Virus record (IMG/VR): IMGVR_UViG_3300030331_006276
Strand: one strand, 5' to 3'
Source of the DNA: a virus
DNA: 64,000 nt
The notes beneath the pieces are model-generated. The model was not told the DNA's origin, did no database searches, and saw nothing but the letters and a program-made list of their open reading frames with translations. Numbering within the stretch: position 1 is the stretch's first letter; each line of letters starts with the position of its first letter. Position numbers and translations under genes: made by a program. Below are positions 54,411 to 64,000 of this stretch, one piece after another.

Positions 54411-55169
54411 ATGTCTATTGATTGTGATAAAGAAACGTTGCTAATATCTGATGATAAAGCATTTTATACTCTTGAAGGTGAAGGCGAATATGTAGGAATG
54501 CCTTCTGTCTTTTTTAGAATGGCTATGTGTAATTTAACATGTGAAGGTTTTGCATCTGAATCATCTCCGCATGGTTGCGATTCATATGTTTCTTGGTCAA
54601 TAAAGAATAAAATGACTTTTAATGAGATATTTGAATATTTTGAAGAGCATAATTTAATAGATAAATTAAAAGCAGGTGCTATTTTTAAATTAACCGGTGG
54701 GGAGCCTATGATTCAGCAAAGAGCTTTACTTAAATTTATAGAAGCTTTTATTGAAAAGTATGATTTTACTCCTATTATAGATTTTGAAACTAACTCTACT
54801 ATAAAACCTGATGAAAGATGGGTAAAAGATTATAGAGCTACATTTACTACTTCACCTAAGCTTACTACAAATGGTGATCCTGAGAAAAAAACTTATAAAC
54901 CTGAAGTATTAAAATGGCATAAAGAAAACGGATCTGGATTTAAGTTTGTTATTAACGCTTCAGAAGATATAGATGAAATTTGGCGTAAGTATGTAGATGA
55001 CGATAATGTTAAATTACCTAAAGAAAGGATATGGTTTATGCCTTGTAGTGGGAGTAGAGAAGAGCATGTAAAAAATGCTCCTGCTGTAGCTGAGTATGCT
55101 AAAGCTATGAATGTTAATTTTTCGCCTAGACTGCACTTGCTTATATGGGATATGGCATTAAAGGTTTAA
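54411..55169 (+). CDS. queE: 7-carboxy-7-deazaguanine synthase (radical SAM)
   Basis: FYTLEGEG..G.P.VF.R..CNLTC..CDS, TGGEPM, ETN, SPKL, KFV, SPRLH. Confidence 0.92.
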   Translation: MSIDCDKETLLISDDKAFYTLEGEGEYVGMPSVFFRMAMCNLTCEGFASESSPHGCDSYVSWSIKNKMTFNEIFEYFEEHNLIDKLKAGAIFKLTGGEPMIQQRALLKFIEAFIEKYDFTPIIDFETNSTIKPDERWVKDYRATFTTSPKLTTNGDPEKKTYKPEVLKWHKENGSGFKFVINASEDIDEIWRKYVDDDNVKLPKERIWFMPCSGSREEHVKNAPAVAEYAKAMNVNFSPRLHLLIWDMALKV

Positions 55170-55184
55170 TTTGATATATATAGT

Positions 55185-55943
55185 ATGAGAATTGCATTTT
55201 CCGGAACTGGAAATAGTGGTAAGACTACTCTTTTAAAAAGTTTTCTTTATACCTGGACAAATTATACAACTCCAAAAGATACTTATAGAGATGTATTAAG
55301 AGAAGAAAATTTACCACATTCCTCAAAACTAACAACCAGTACACAAGAGCTTATACTTAATTTTTTAATTGATCAAGTTCAGTCAAAAGATAAAGATGAT
55401 AAAGTTGTATATGATAGATGCCCATTAGATGCTATAGCTTATTCCATGTGGGCTCACGGTAAAAAAATTGAAGGGTTTACTAAAGATTTTGTTACAAAAC
55501 AAATTAATTTAATGAAAGAGTCAATGAGATCTCTTGATATTATATTTTTATGTAGATTTGATTCTAGTCAAACTGTACAAGATGATGGATTTAGAGATAC
55601 AGATAAAAATTTTATTATAGAAGTAGATAATATTTTTTATTCTCTTTATCGTCAATATACAGAACACCCAGAAGCTGATGTTTTTTTCCCGAAAGGTGAT
55701 TCACCTTGTATAATTCTTTTACCGGATAAAGGTCAAGAACGAATAGATTTAATTAGTGAATATGTAACTCCTGAAGGGGCAATGTATGGAGATGAATCTT
55801 CTATTTTTAATTCACAAAATATTAATCAACTTGAGAGTTTAATTAAGCAGCAGCAAAATGCACATAAAGCAGAAGAAAAAGAAAAGGAACTTAAGAAAAA
55901 GTTTGGTTTACCAGATGATGGCCGGCCACCGGTATCGATATGA
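55185..55943 (+). CDS. P-loop nucleoside/nucleotide kinase
   Basis: IAFSGTGNSGKTT, YDRCPLD..AY, DDGFRD. Confidence 0.8.
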   Translation: MRIAFSGTGNSGKTTLLKSFLYTWTNYTTPKDTYRDVLREENLPHSSKLTTSTQELILNFLIDQVQSKDKDDKVVYDRCPLDAIAYSMWAHGKKIEGFTKDFVTKQINLMKESMRSLDIIFLCRFDSSQTVQDDGFRDTDKNFIIEVDNIFYSLYRQYTEHPEADVFFPKGDSPCIILLPDKGQERIDLISEYVTPEGAMYGDESSIFNSQNINQLESLIKQQQNAHKAEEKEKELKKKFGLPDDGRPPVSI

Positions 55944-56737
55944 ACAAAGTTGGAGTAGGTATTATTACATGTAATAGGATTGACATGTATAAAAAATGTT
56001 GCGACTCAATACAAGAGAGTTGGTATAATGAACTAGTTACTGTAAACGATGGTGAGCAGAGTATAGTTTGCCGTGTTGGTGATTATGTAGAAACTACAGG
56101 TGGGGAAGGTGTAGGTAAAGCTAAGAATAAAGCTATAAAGCATTTGCTTGAAAAGGGTTGTGATTATATTGTTCTTGTAGAAGATGATATGTTGTTTAAA
56201 GGTAACCTTTTTGAACAATATATTAAAGCTCATAGAGAGACAGGCATACATCACTTTATGTTTGCATACCATGGACCAGCAAATAAAGCTGGAATAAGTG
56301 GAGGTAAACCTGTTCCGCGTAAAATTATTGATTATGGTAATGTTAAAATTGCTTTAAATCAACACTGTGTTGGTGCTGTTTGTTTTTATACGCGGCAAAG
56401 TTTAAAAGAGATAGGATTATACGATGAAACTTATACTAATGCATTTGAGCACGTAGACCATTCATATGAATTAGCAAAAGCTAATTATAGCACTCCCTAT
56501 TGGTGGTGGGCTGATATTGAGAATAGTTTAGACTTTGTAGAGGAGCAAGCTTGTTCAGAAAATAACTCTGCAATTCGTCCACGACCAGATTGGCAATCAA
56601 ATATACAGAAAGCTTCTCTTAAATTTTTACAAAAACACGGAACATATCCAGTACAAGTAGCTGATACACCCGTAAATGAAGTTATTAACAAACTTAAACA
56701 AATTAAAAATGAAAATAGACCTGTTTTGTCCAAGTAG
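55940..56737 (+). CDS. Glycosyltransferase family 2
   Basis: VGIITCNR, VNDG, GVGKAKN, LVEDD, GLYDE..FEH.D. Confidence 0.85.
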   Translation: MNKVGVGIITCNRIDMYKKCCDSIQESWYNELVTVNDGEQSIVCRVGDYVETTGGEGVGKAKNKAIKHLLEKGCDYIVLVEDDMLFKGNLFEQYIKAHRETGIHHFMFAYHGPANKAGISGGKPVPRKIIDYGNVKIALNQHCVGAVCFYTRQSLKEIGLYDETYTNAFEHVDHSYELAKANYSTPYWWWADIENSLDFVEEQACSENNSAIRPRPDWQSNIQKASLKFLQKHGTYPVQVADTPVNEVINKLKQIKNENRPVLSK

Positions 56738-57437
56738 AGAAAGAATTAATAAAGTATTAACATTTATATGTAGCATTGCAACAACAGCAAAAAATATTAA
56801 TAATATTAATCTTGTTTTAGGTGTAGATAGCGATGATCCTAAACGTGACATATATTATAAAATTGCACAAAATTTTTCTTTTATACAGTTAGTAAAATAT
56901 CCTAAAGGGTTATTTAAAGAAAAAGGTCTTTCTGGATTATGGAATACTATGGCTGAACAAACAACGAATGATATTGTTGCTATGGTCGGTGATGATATGA
57001 AATTTGAAACTCCAGATTGGGATGAAAAAATTATTACAGAGTTTACAAATAAAGAAGATAATTTTTATCTTATACATTGTAATGATGGTATGAGAGGACC
57101 TGGTAATAAGTATGTAAATGTTCCTCCTTTAGCAGTAAATTCTTTCTTACATCGTGAATATATAGAGACTATTGGTCGTTATGTTGAAGATGAAGAACCT
57201 AATACATTTCATGATACTTATCTAGATAAATTATTTGAAATTTTAAATAGAAAAATATATTTTCATGACATAATTATAAGACATTTACATTTTTCAGAGT
57301 ATGGTAGCAAGGATCAAACGTCTATTGAAATGGAAAAGGAAAGAGAAGGTGTATGGGATAACAATAATTTATTTCAAGAAAAACTGTTACCTATAATATT
57401 AAAGGAAGTTGATATAATCAAAGCAAAAATATCATGA
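56709..57437 (+). CDS. Glycosyltransferase (GT2-like)
   Basis: MKIDLFCPSRER, GVDSDD, WN.MA, MVGDD, D..L..H.H; start moved to ATG 56709. Confidence 0.8.
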   Translation: MKIDLFCPSRERINKVLTFICSIATTAKNINNINLVLGVDSDDPKRDIYYKIAQNFSFIQLVKYPKGLFKEKGLSGLWNTMAEQTTNDIVAMVGDDMKFETPDWDEKIITEFTNKEDNFYLIHCNDGMRGPGNKYVNVPPLAVNSFLHREYIETIGRYVEDEEPNTFHDTYLDKLFEILNRKIYFHDIIIRHLHFSEYGSKDQTSIEMEKEREGVWDNNNLFQEKLLPIILKEVDIIKAKIS

Positions 57438-58096
57438 ATATATACACACACTATAGTGACTCTCATAAAGAATTATATCAAGATTACTTTAAAGCAACTT
57501 TAAGAAAGCTTTACAGTAAAGATGAATTATCTATACGCGCAGCCTATCATAAGCAAACAACAAGTGAAGGTAAATTTATGGAAGAAGGGTGGCTTGATAG
57601 TATGAGATATAAATTACAAGTTATATTACAAGCTATTGAGGAAAATAAAAACGATTTTTTTATTTTTGCAGATACTGATATTGTTTTTTATAGAAAATTT
57701 ATTGAAGATTTAAAAAACGAAATCGGAGATCATGATATTGCATGCCAAGAGGACTGTAATTCTTTATGTGCAGGCTTTTTTATTGCACGTGGTAACGATA
57801 AAAATAAAATATTATTTACTGAAATATATAATAACTTTACTCAAATGGTAAACGATCAAGTAGCTTTAAACCATTTTAAAGATATGGTTAGTTATAAGTT
57901 TCTCGATAAAGAAAAATATTATACTATAGGTAATTTTTTTGATAATGCTGATGGTACGCATAGATGGGACGGACTTACAAATATTTTACCTCCAGAAAAA
58001 ATGATGATACATCACGCCAACTATGTAGAAGGTGTTGAAGAAAAAATTAAACTAATTAGTTTAATTAAAAAGAACTATGAAAATTTGGTACAATAA
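57434..58096 (+). CDS. Nucleotide-diphospho-sugar transferase (GT77-like)
   Basis: FADTDIVF, LCAGFF, NDQVALN, HHANY. Confidence 0.75.
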   Translation: MNIYTHYSDSHKELYQDYFKATLRKLYSKDELSIRAAYHKQTTSEGKFMEEGWLDSMRYKLQVILQAIEENKNDFFIFADTDIVFYRKFIEDLKNEIGDHDIACQEDCNSLCAGFFIARGNDKNKILFTEIYNNFTQMVNDQVALNHFKDMVSYKFLDKEKYYTIGNFFDNADGTHRWDGLTNILPPEKMMIHHANYVEGVEEKIKLISLIKKNYENLVQ

Positions 58097-58964
58097 AAAT
58101 AAACTAAATTTAAATGAATTTAAGTCTGAAAAATTTTTATTCTTACCTTTATATGATAAAAAGGTAATAAATCAAAATAATGATTTTAGTAATAATAACT
58201 GGTCGTCACAAATAAAAAATACTATAGAATATACATCTATAGATGAAGCAGACTATATTGTATATCATGATAAATTAGATCAAGGAATTGTTGAATATTT
58301 ACAATATACTAATAAACCAATTATAGCATTTTTTAATGATGATAGTTGTAAACCAATTAGCGATAAAATACCTACAAACATAAACGTTTTTAGAACATCA
58401 ATTAATAAATCAAAACAAAAGCAAAATGAATATGCAATGCCGGCTTGGAGTGCAGATTTTTTATTTAATGGCACAGTACATAAAGTTACTAAACCGGTTA
58501 TTAGCTTTTGTGGTGCTATAACAGATCCTATTAGAGAAAATTGCATAAACAAATTAGAAAATAATAAAAAGATACAAATAGATTTTATTATTAGAAGAGC
58601 ATTTTGGGGAGGAAATCCACATAATTTAACATTACGACGTGAATATATTCAAAATATAAAAAATAGTGATATGGTTTTGTGTTGTAGAGGTGCAGGAAAT
58701 TTTTCTTATAGACTTTACGAGACACTATCATGTGGTAAAATACCCATTATTGTAGATACAGATTTATCGTTACCGTGTTCGGATAAAATTGATTGGAATA
58801 AATTTATTATAACAACACCGGACAAAATAAACGACGACGTTAATCAATGGTGGGCTAGTCATAATTCAGAGTCATATATGTCATTGCAGTCCTATAGTCG
58901 TTATATATACGATACATACTTAAGCCCTTCGGGTTTTGCTTACTATATATCTAACTTTTTCTAA
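58077..58964 (+). CDS. Exostosin (GT47)-like glycosyltransferase
   Basis: FCGA..R, LCCRGAGNFSYRLYETLSCGKIPII. Confidence 0.75.
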   Translation: MKIWYNKNKLNLNEFKSEKFLFLPLYDKKVINQNNDFSNNNWSSQIKNTIEYTSIDEADYIVYHDKLDQGIVEYLQYTNKPIIAFFNDDSCKPISDKIPTNINVFRTSINKSKQKQNEYAMPAWSADFLFNGTVHKVTKPVISFCGAITDPIRENCINKLENNKKIQIDFIIRRAFWGGNPHNLTLRREYIQNIKNSDMVLCCRGAGNFSYRLYETLSCGKIPIIVDTDLSLPCSDKIDWNKFIITTPDKINDDVNQWWASHNSESYMSLQSYSRYIYDTYLSPSGFAYYISNFF

Positions 58965-58966
58965 AG

Positions 58967-59779
58967 ATGAAAATAATTAATCACGATATTTTATCTAAAG
59001 AAAAGTATTTTGACCCTGTAAAGACAGAGCAAAATATACAAGAAAGCTTGATTAATGTTATCAATGATTTACCTAATAATTTTAATTATGTAAATATACC
59101 TTTAGCTCAAACTATTAACAAATATGGTATACATGTGGCACAACAAGCAATTGATGATATTGAAAAAAAATATAATGGTGTTAAAAAATTTGTATGCCAG
59201 CATATTTTAGTCAATAAATTAAATTTTTATGACAATATAGTTTTTACTCCTCATGCTATTTTTTCAGATAATAGAATATGTATACCACATTATAACAATT
59301 TTTTTGATAGAAAAGATGCTATAGATTATAATAAGCGAAAATATAAAACTAGTTTTATTGGGAGTTCTTCGACACATAATATACGTAAAGAATTATTTGA
59401 ATTAAACAACAATAATGATATTATTGTAAGAGATACAGGTAATTGGTTTTATGAAAAACCATCTAATGATAGAGGTAAATATTCGAATAAGTTTAAAGAA
59501 TACTTATTAAGTAGTAAACTTAGTCTTTGTCCGCAAGGAACGGGCCCATCTACAATAAGATTATACGAATCTATGGCTGTTGGGAGTATACCAATTATAT
59601 TTAATGATGTAAAAGTTCCTACTGGTTTTGAAAAATATGTAATTAGATTAAACAGTGTTAATCAAGTTAATGATTTAAATGCAGAAAAATATATTGATCT
59701 GAGTAAGTCTTTACATATTGATTACTGGAATAAAATATCTAACTATAATGTATACAAAATACTAATCAATCATGTGTAG
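58967..59779 (+). CDS. Exostosin (GT47)-like glycosyltransferase
   Basis: SFIGS..R, LSLCPQGTGPSTIRLYESMAVGSIPII. Confidence 0.78.
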   Translation: MKIINHDILSKEKYFDPVKTEQNIQESLINVINDLPNNFNYVNIPLAQTINKYGIHVAQQAIDDIEKKYNGVKKFVCQHILVNKLNFYDNIVFTPHAIFSDNRICIPHYNNFFDRKDAIDYNKRKYKTSFIGSSSTHNIRKELFELNNNNDIIVRDTGNWFYEKPSNDRGKYSNKFKEYLLSSKLSLCPQGTGPSTIRLYESMAVGSIPIIFNDVKVPTGFEKYVIRLNSVNQVNDLNAEKYIDLSKSLHIDYWNKISNYNVYKILINHV

Positions 59780-61085
59780 TATCTTAATGACAAATAAAAA
59801 AGTGTCAAATATAGAAGAAGCAAACTTCTATTTACAGCGACGCGGACCAGATAAAACTACCGTGACAGAAATAGATAACTGGACATTAGTGCATAATCTT
59901 TTATCTATTACAGGCGACTTTACACCACAACCACTGTCCAAAAAAAATGTACATTTGATATATAATGGTGAAATTTATAATATTCAAAATGAATCAAAAG
60001 AATATAAAAGTGATGGTTATTATATTTTAGATGCATATGATCAATATGGAGATAACTTTTTTAAACATCTTGATGGTGAGTTTGCAATAGCTTTATTAGA
60101 TTTAGATAATAATAAGTTAATATTTGGCGGTGATCTATTTTTAACAAAGCCTCTTTTTATAGGTAAAGATGGTAATAATATTTGTATATCTTCATATAAA
60201 TCTGCTGTTACATCATTAGGGTTCAATAAAATATTACGTGCAGAACCTAATATGTATTATATTGTTGATTTAAAAACATTTAAAGCACAAACGAGACAAA
60301 CATATGAATGGAATCTTGATCAACATATCGATTCATATGAAGTATGGAAAGAAAATTTTTATAAAGCTCTTAAAAAGAGAGTAACAGGTATTAAAGATAA
60401 TTTTTTAGTTCCAGTAAGTAGTGGGCACGATAGTGGTGGTATAATTTGCGGTTTAAAAGAACTTAATATAGTCGATTTTATGACTTATTCTTTTACTGCT
60501 AATGAAGCTCCAGGAATAATTGAAGAGAGAGTTAAACATATTGATAATAAAATTCTTAAAGATGGTATTACATTAGATGAAAATATTGCTATAAACAAAT
60601 ATAAAGAAAATTATGTAGAGCCATTTTTTTATGGACCAACGCCATATAATAAAACGCATGAAGGGTTCGAAGATAAAGGTGGTACAGGTCTTTTACACTT
60701 ATTAAAATATTGTAGAAATAATCATAAAATAAAAGTACAGCTTTCAGGACAAGGAGCTGATGAAGTAATGACAACCATACAAACATATGGTTTTAATTCT
60801 CCTAATCCATATATATGGCCTGAAAATTTATCTGAAATATTTCCGTGGGGTAATTTTTACTACGGAGCTAATTGGAGTTATTTAAATAAAGAAGAATGTA
60901 TTGCTGGTAGTGTTGGTATAGAAACAAGATACCCATTTTTAGATAAAAAGGTAGTACAAAGTTTTATTAACTTAACTGCAAATTTAAAAAACAAATACTA
61001 TAAAGCACCTCTACATTCTTTATTAACAGAGTGTAATTTTCCTTTTGTAGGTGCAAAAAGAGGTTTTGATTTAAAAATATCATGA
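59772..61085 (+). CDS. Asparagine-synthetase-like (AsnB) amidotransferase
   Basis: MCSI, RRGPD, YNGEIYN, LDGEFA, KPLF, SSGHDS, SGQGADE, RYPFLD. Confidence 0.88.
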   Translation: MCSILMTNKKVSNIEEANFYLQRRGPDKTTVTEIDNWTLVHNLLSITGDFTPQPLSKKNVHLIYNGEIYNIQNESKEYKSDGYYILDAYDQYGDNFFKHLDGEFAIALLDLDNNKLIFGGDLFLTKPLFIGKDGNNICISSYKSAVTSLGFNKILRAEPNMYYIVDLKTFKAQTRQTYEWNLDQHIDSYEVWKENFYKALKKRVTGIKDNFLVPVSSGHDSGGIICGLKELNIVDFMTYSFTANEAPGIIEERVKHIDNKILKDGITLDENIAINKYKENYVEPFFYGPTPYNKTHEGFEDKGGTGLLHLLKYCRNNHKIKVQLSGQGADEVMTTIQTYGFNSPNPYIWPENLSEIFPWGNFYYGANWSYLNKEECIAGSVGIETRYPFLDKKVVQSFINLTANLKNKYYKAPLHSLLTECNFPFVGAKRGFDLKIS

Positions 61086-61858
61086 GAGTAATAGTTGAAT
61101 ATGATCCGTACAATAGGCTAGGTAATAGAATGTTTCAATATGCATTTGGTTATATTGTAGCAAAGAAATATAATTGTGAATTATTTTGTAATGAAGGTTT
61201 GCCCAATTTTGGAATTAAACCTAATCCTATAAAAGATATTGATCCAAATGCTATGAGAACAAGATCTTTTGGAGAACAATATTTTGATATAGATTCTTTA
61301 GAAAACTTTACAGGAGATTTTATTGTTGATTTTTGGGCTCAAAAAGCTGCTCATTATATTGAGCATCGCGAAGAATTAAGACAAGTTTTTGGTATTAGAG
61401 AACTTGATACTATTAATAAAAACGCATTAGTATTACATATTAGAGGTACTGATTATAACCAACTTGGTCAATTTTTAGGTTTAGATTTTTATAAAGATCT
61501 TATTCGTAATTCTAAATTTACAGAAGTTAAAATTGTTACTGACGATCCAAAATGTGAAACTGTTACTAAATTAATAGAAGAAGGGTGTAAGTTAGAAACA
61601 GCCGGGCCTGGATCAGAGTTTAATATTCATGGTGATAGAAGTGCGATGGATGATATGAAGACATTATTATATAGTGAAAATATAGCTATATCACAGTCCT
61701 CGTTTGCTTGGTGGCCAGCATTTTTAGGTACACATAAAAAAATTATTTTTCCATATAGTCTTACTATTAACAAGCAAATGTGGCCTTTAGATCCAAAGCA
61801 AGATGACATTGACCTGTTTTTTGACTTTAATAATACTAGTCATAAGTACATAAAATGA
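61082..61858 (+). CDS. Alpha-1,2-fucosyltransferase-like (GT11)
   Basis: RLGNRMFQYA, LHIRGTDY, VTDD, SSFAWW.AFL. Confidence 0.85.
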   Translation: MRVIVEYDPYNRLGNRMFQYAFGYIVAKKYNCELFCNEGLPNFGIKPNPIKDIDPNAMRTRSFGEQYFDIDSLENFTGDFIVDFWAQKAAHYIEHREELRQVFGIRELDTINKNALVLHIRGTDYNQLGQFLGLDFYKDLIRNSKFTEVKIVTDDPKCETVTKLIEEGCKLETAGPGSEFNIHGDRSAMDDMKTLLYSENIAISQSSFAWWPAFLGTHKKIIFPYSLTINKQMWPLDPKQDDIDLFFDFNNTSHKYIK

Positions 61859-62769
61859 ATGTAGTTTTGTTTCATAGAGGAAACTATTTAGCACACCGCC
61901 CGGATATGTCCGGGTTGCCTAAGCATATAGAATATTGTATCAAACAAATACGACGTACAAGCCCGGAGTTAAAAATATATTTTTTAACTAATTTAGATAT
62001 TGAACAACCGCCAGATAATAACATTGTAATTGTTAATATACGAGAGCTTGAAGTTCCTGATATAACAAATTATTTTGCGCATGATATACCTGAACACGTT
62101 CAACTATGGCAAACAGCTGTATTACGATTATTTTATATTGAACAATTCTTAGAAAAATATAATATTAGTGATGCTGTTCATTTTGATAATGATGTTTTAA
62201 TTTTTTCTAATTTAAAAGATTTACTAACTAAATTTAGAAAGTTTAATTTTCTTATTACAGCTCATTTTGAAACAGAATATGTATTTGGTTTTAGTTATAT
62301 TAAAAATAGTAAATCTCTTACACCTATTAATAATAAGTTATTAGACTTAATTAATTTACCATTTTCAGAATTACAAGCTCGAGTTGATAGCGAATGCCCT
62401 CATGAAATGAGGCTTATTAATTACATTAATACATCAAATAATAGTAAGTATATAGATCACCTTCCTGTAGTTGTTGAAGGACCAGGAAGCGATAATTTTG
62501 ATATATTTCAAACAATATTTGACCCTTCTTCCTACGGTAAGCATATTGCTGGTTCACATTGCCTAGGTCCGCATAATAAACATTATGTTAAGACGCCTGA
62601 TTGGCATGGTACAGAATTACATCATTATGCCGGTAAACAGATAAGCGACGGAAAAATAAAAGTAATTTTTGATGGTAAATATCCTTTTTTATCTTATAAT
62701 GATAAGACGTATACGATAAACAACCTTCATATACATAATAAAAACCTAAAAGAATTTTCAATATTATGA
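61855..62769 (+). CDS. Putative glycosyltransferase (GT-A-like)
   Basis: RLFYI..F..Y..VHFDNDVL; FDP.SYG..G; within the glycan cluster. Confidence 0.6.
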   Translation: MNVVLFHRGNYLAHRPDMSGLPKHIEYCIKQIRRTSPELKIYFLTNLDIEQPPDNNIVIVNIRELEVPDITNYFAHDIPEHVQLWQTAVLRLFYIEQFLEKYNISDAVHFDNDVLIFSNLKDLLTKFRKFNFLITAHFETEYVFGFSYIKNSKSLTPINNKLLDLINLPFSELQARVDSECPHEMRLINYINTSNNSKYIDHLPVVVEGPGSDNFDIFQTIFDPSSYGKHIAGSHCLGPHNKHYVKTPDWHGTELHHYAGKQISDGKIKVIFDGKYPFLSYNDKTYTINNLHIHNKNLKEFSIL

Positions 62770-63392
62770 TGCTAGATTTCGATAACCTTATTAAAAAATA
62801 CAATATGAAAATAACTGGTGTTATTCATATTGGTGGTCATATTGGTAAAGAATATGATGAATATCAAAAAATAAAGACTATAGAACATATGGTCTTTTAT
62901 GAGCCAGATCCAGATAACTTTAAAAAATTAAAAGCGAGAGTAGGTCATGATGAGAGAGTTTTTTGTATTAATCGCGCTTTAGGTCCTTTTTCTTGTGAAG
63001 CAGATTTACATAGAGAGTATAATAATAATGGACAATCTAATTCATTATTAGAGCCATTTAAACATACGCATATATATCCGGATATTGTATTTAATGAAAA
63101 ACTTAAAGTTAAAGTTGATCCTTTAGATAGATATAAAACATCTTCTAAATTTAATTTTATTAATATGGATGTACAAGGGGCTGAATTAAACGTATTGCTT
63201 GGGGCTTCAAAAACTCTTCATAATATAGATTATATTATGACTGAAGTTAATAGAGATGAATTATATAAAAACTGCGCATTAATTGAAGATATAGATTATT
63301 TTCTCTCAAAATATAATTTTGAGAGAGTAGAGGAAGAATGGGATAGAGATAACCCGGTATGGGGCGATGCTTTTTATGTCAAGAAAAAATGA
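62766..63392 (+). CDS. FkbM-family methyltransferase
   Basis: IHIGGHIG, YEPDP, INMDVQGAELNVLLGA, WGDAFY. Confidence 0.88.
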   Translation: MMLDFDNLIKKYNMKITGVIHIGGHIGKEYDEYQKIKTIEHMVFYEPDPDNFKKLKARVGHDERVFCINRALGPFSCEADLHREYNNNGQSNSLLEPFKHTHIYPDIVFNEKLKVKVDPLDRYKTSSKFNFINMDVQGAELNVLLGASKTLHNIDYIMTEVNRDELYKNCALIEDIDYFLSKYNFERVEEEWDRDNPVWGDAFYVKKK

Positions 63393-64000
63393 ATCTAATA
63401 TCAGGAGAAAAGCTTCAAGAGCTAGCTGATTTAACTATTATTTTTGAAGACCAGCGTCATGAAGATTTATGGAAGGTTCAAATTCAAAACATAATATGTA
63501 AATATATAATATTACGGCCTGGTGACGAGATTCCTAAATCAGTTTTTAAAGCTAAATCTATCTTTGTATATACACATGCTCTTCCTTTATTTTTTGAAAG
63601 AATATTTCCATCATTAACAAAGCCAATAATATTATTATCACATAATTCAGACCATGGTGTTGATAATAATTTTATCAAATATCTTGAAAGTGATAAAATT
63701 TCTAAATGGTTCTGTCAAAATAGATTAATTGAACATCCTAAATTATTTTCTTTTCCAATAGGCGTTGCAAATAGTCAGTGGGATCATGGTAATCAAATTC
63801 TTTTAAAAAGCATTATTGAAAAGAATTTCGCAAAAGAATTTTTAGTATACAAAAATTTTGATATTAGTACTAATTCTTATGAACGTAATTTATGTCATGC
63901 TATTACACAACGCAATGGCATACCTATGAGCTCAAAAACTGATATATCACAATACTGGGAAATGTTAGCAAAAAGTGTTTTTGTAATATCACCACCCGGT
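63389..64000 (+). CDS. Glycosyltransferase (GT47-like), 3'-truncated, not in ORF track
   Basis: ATGA-coupled ORF open to the window end: MNLISGEK..HNSD..KWF.QN..PIG.AN..FVISPPG. Confidence 0.65.
   Translation, partial: MNLISGEKLQELADLTIIFEDQRHEDLWKVQIQNIICKYIILRPGDEIPKSVFKAKSIFVYTHALPLFFERIFPSLTKPIILLSHNSDHGVDNNFIKYLESDKISKWFCQNRLIEHPKLFSFPIGVANSQWDHGNQILLKSIIEKNFAKEFLVYKNFDISTNSYERNLCHAITQRNGIPMSSKTDISQYWEMLAKSVFVISPPG

Noticed and set aside
7463-63678. Many 60-120 aa track ORFs nested in or antisense to long genes (e.g. 7463, 10454, 13055, 13497, 13931, 23733, 42853, 43910, 43929, 45630, 46996, 49854, 63484)
   Set aside because: Almost all are fully overlapped by better-supported genes, lack promoter motifs at their starts, and have shadow-frame composition.
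1-64000. Stop-codon reassignment
   Set aside because: Core genes are full length under the standard code, and TAA, TAG and TGA all end genes at sensible positions.
1-64000. tRNA, rRNA, integrase/att or transposon
   Set aside because: No cloverleaf with T-loop GTTCRA plus acceptor stem was noticed by eye, and no recombinase or transposase motifs; tRNAscan-SE was not run.
1-64000. dpdA or another base-exchange enzyme
   Set aside because: No TGT-like ORF was recognised in the window, so DNA modification is inferred rather than shown.

Overview
AT-rich segment of a large T4-like (Tevenvirinae-related) myophage genome, densely coding on both strands under the standard code. 1-17.3 kb is a + strand tail/baseplate/fibre region with two pairs of paralogous fibre proteins, a gp38-like polyglycine adhesin fusion, a lectin-like protein and a mucin-like Pro/Thr repeat protein followed by a GT2. 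18-42.7 kb is a mostly - strand replication/recombination module (gp61, RNase H, gp45, gp32, DHH, gp41, uvsX, hsp20, gp43, gp46, gp47, gp55, uvsW, uvsY) with queC, a stand-alone class II amidotransferase and two glycosyltransferases embedded. 42.7-50.2 kb is a + strand late cassette; many of its proteins start with a T4 internal-protein-like capsid-targeting sequence, including a KxDG ligase-fold protein and a HIGH nucleotidyltransferase, and the cassette also encodes a PD-(D/E)XK-like protein and a retropepsin-like protease. 50-55 kb holds denV-like, folE, queD, phoH and queE genes, and 55-64 kb a kinase plus a long glycan-synthesis cluster. Patterns read directly from the sequence: both late (TAAATA) and early (TTGAWW-N16-TATAAT) promoter motifs sit about 4-10 nt from start codons with almost no Shine-Dalgarno sites (apparently leaderless expression); a ~190-nt GC-richer, self-complementary non-coding element lies between hsp20 and the only clear terminator; and basic peptide modules are joined by a recurring E-D-A-E linker. 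All family calls come from motif recognition by eye; no database search was run.
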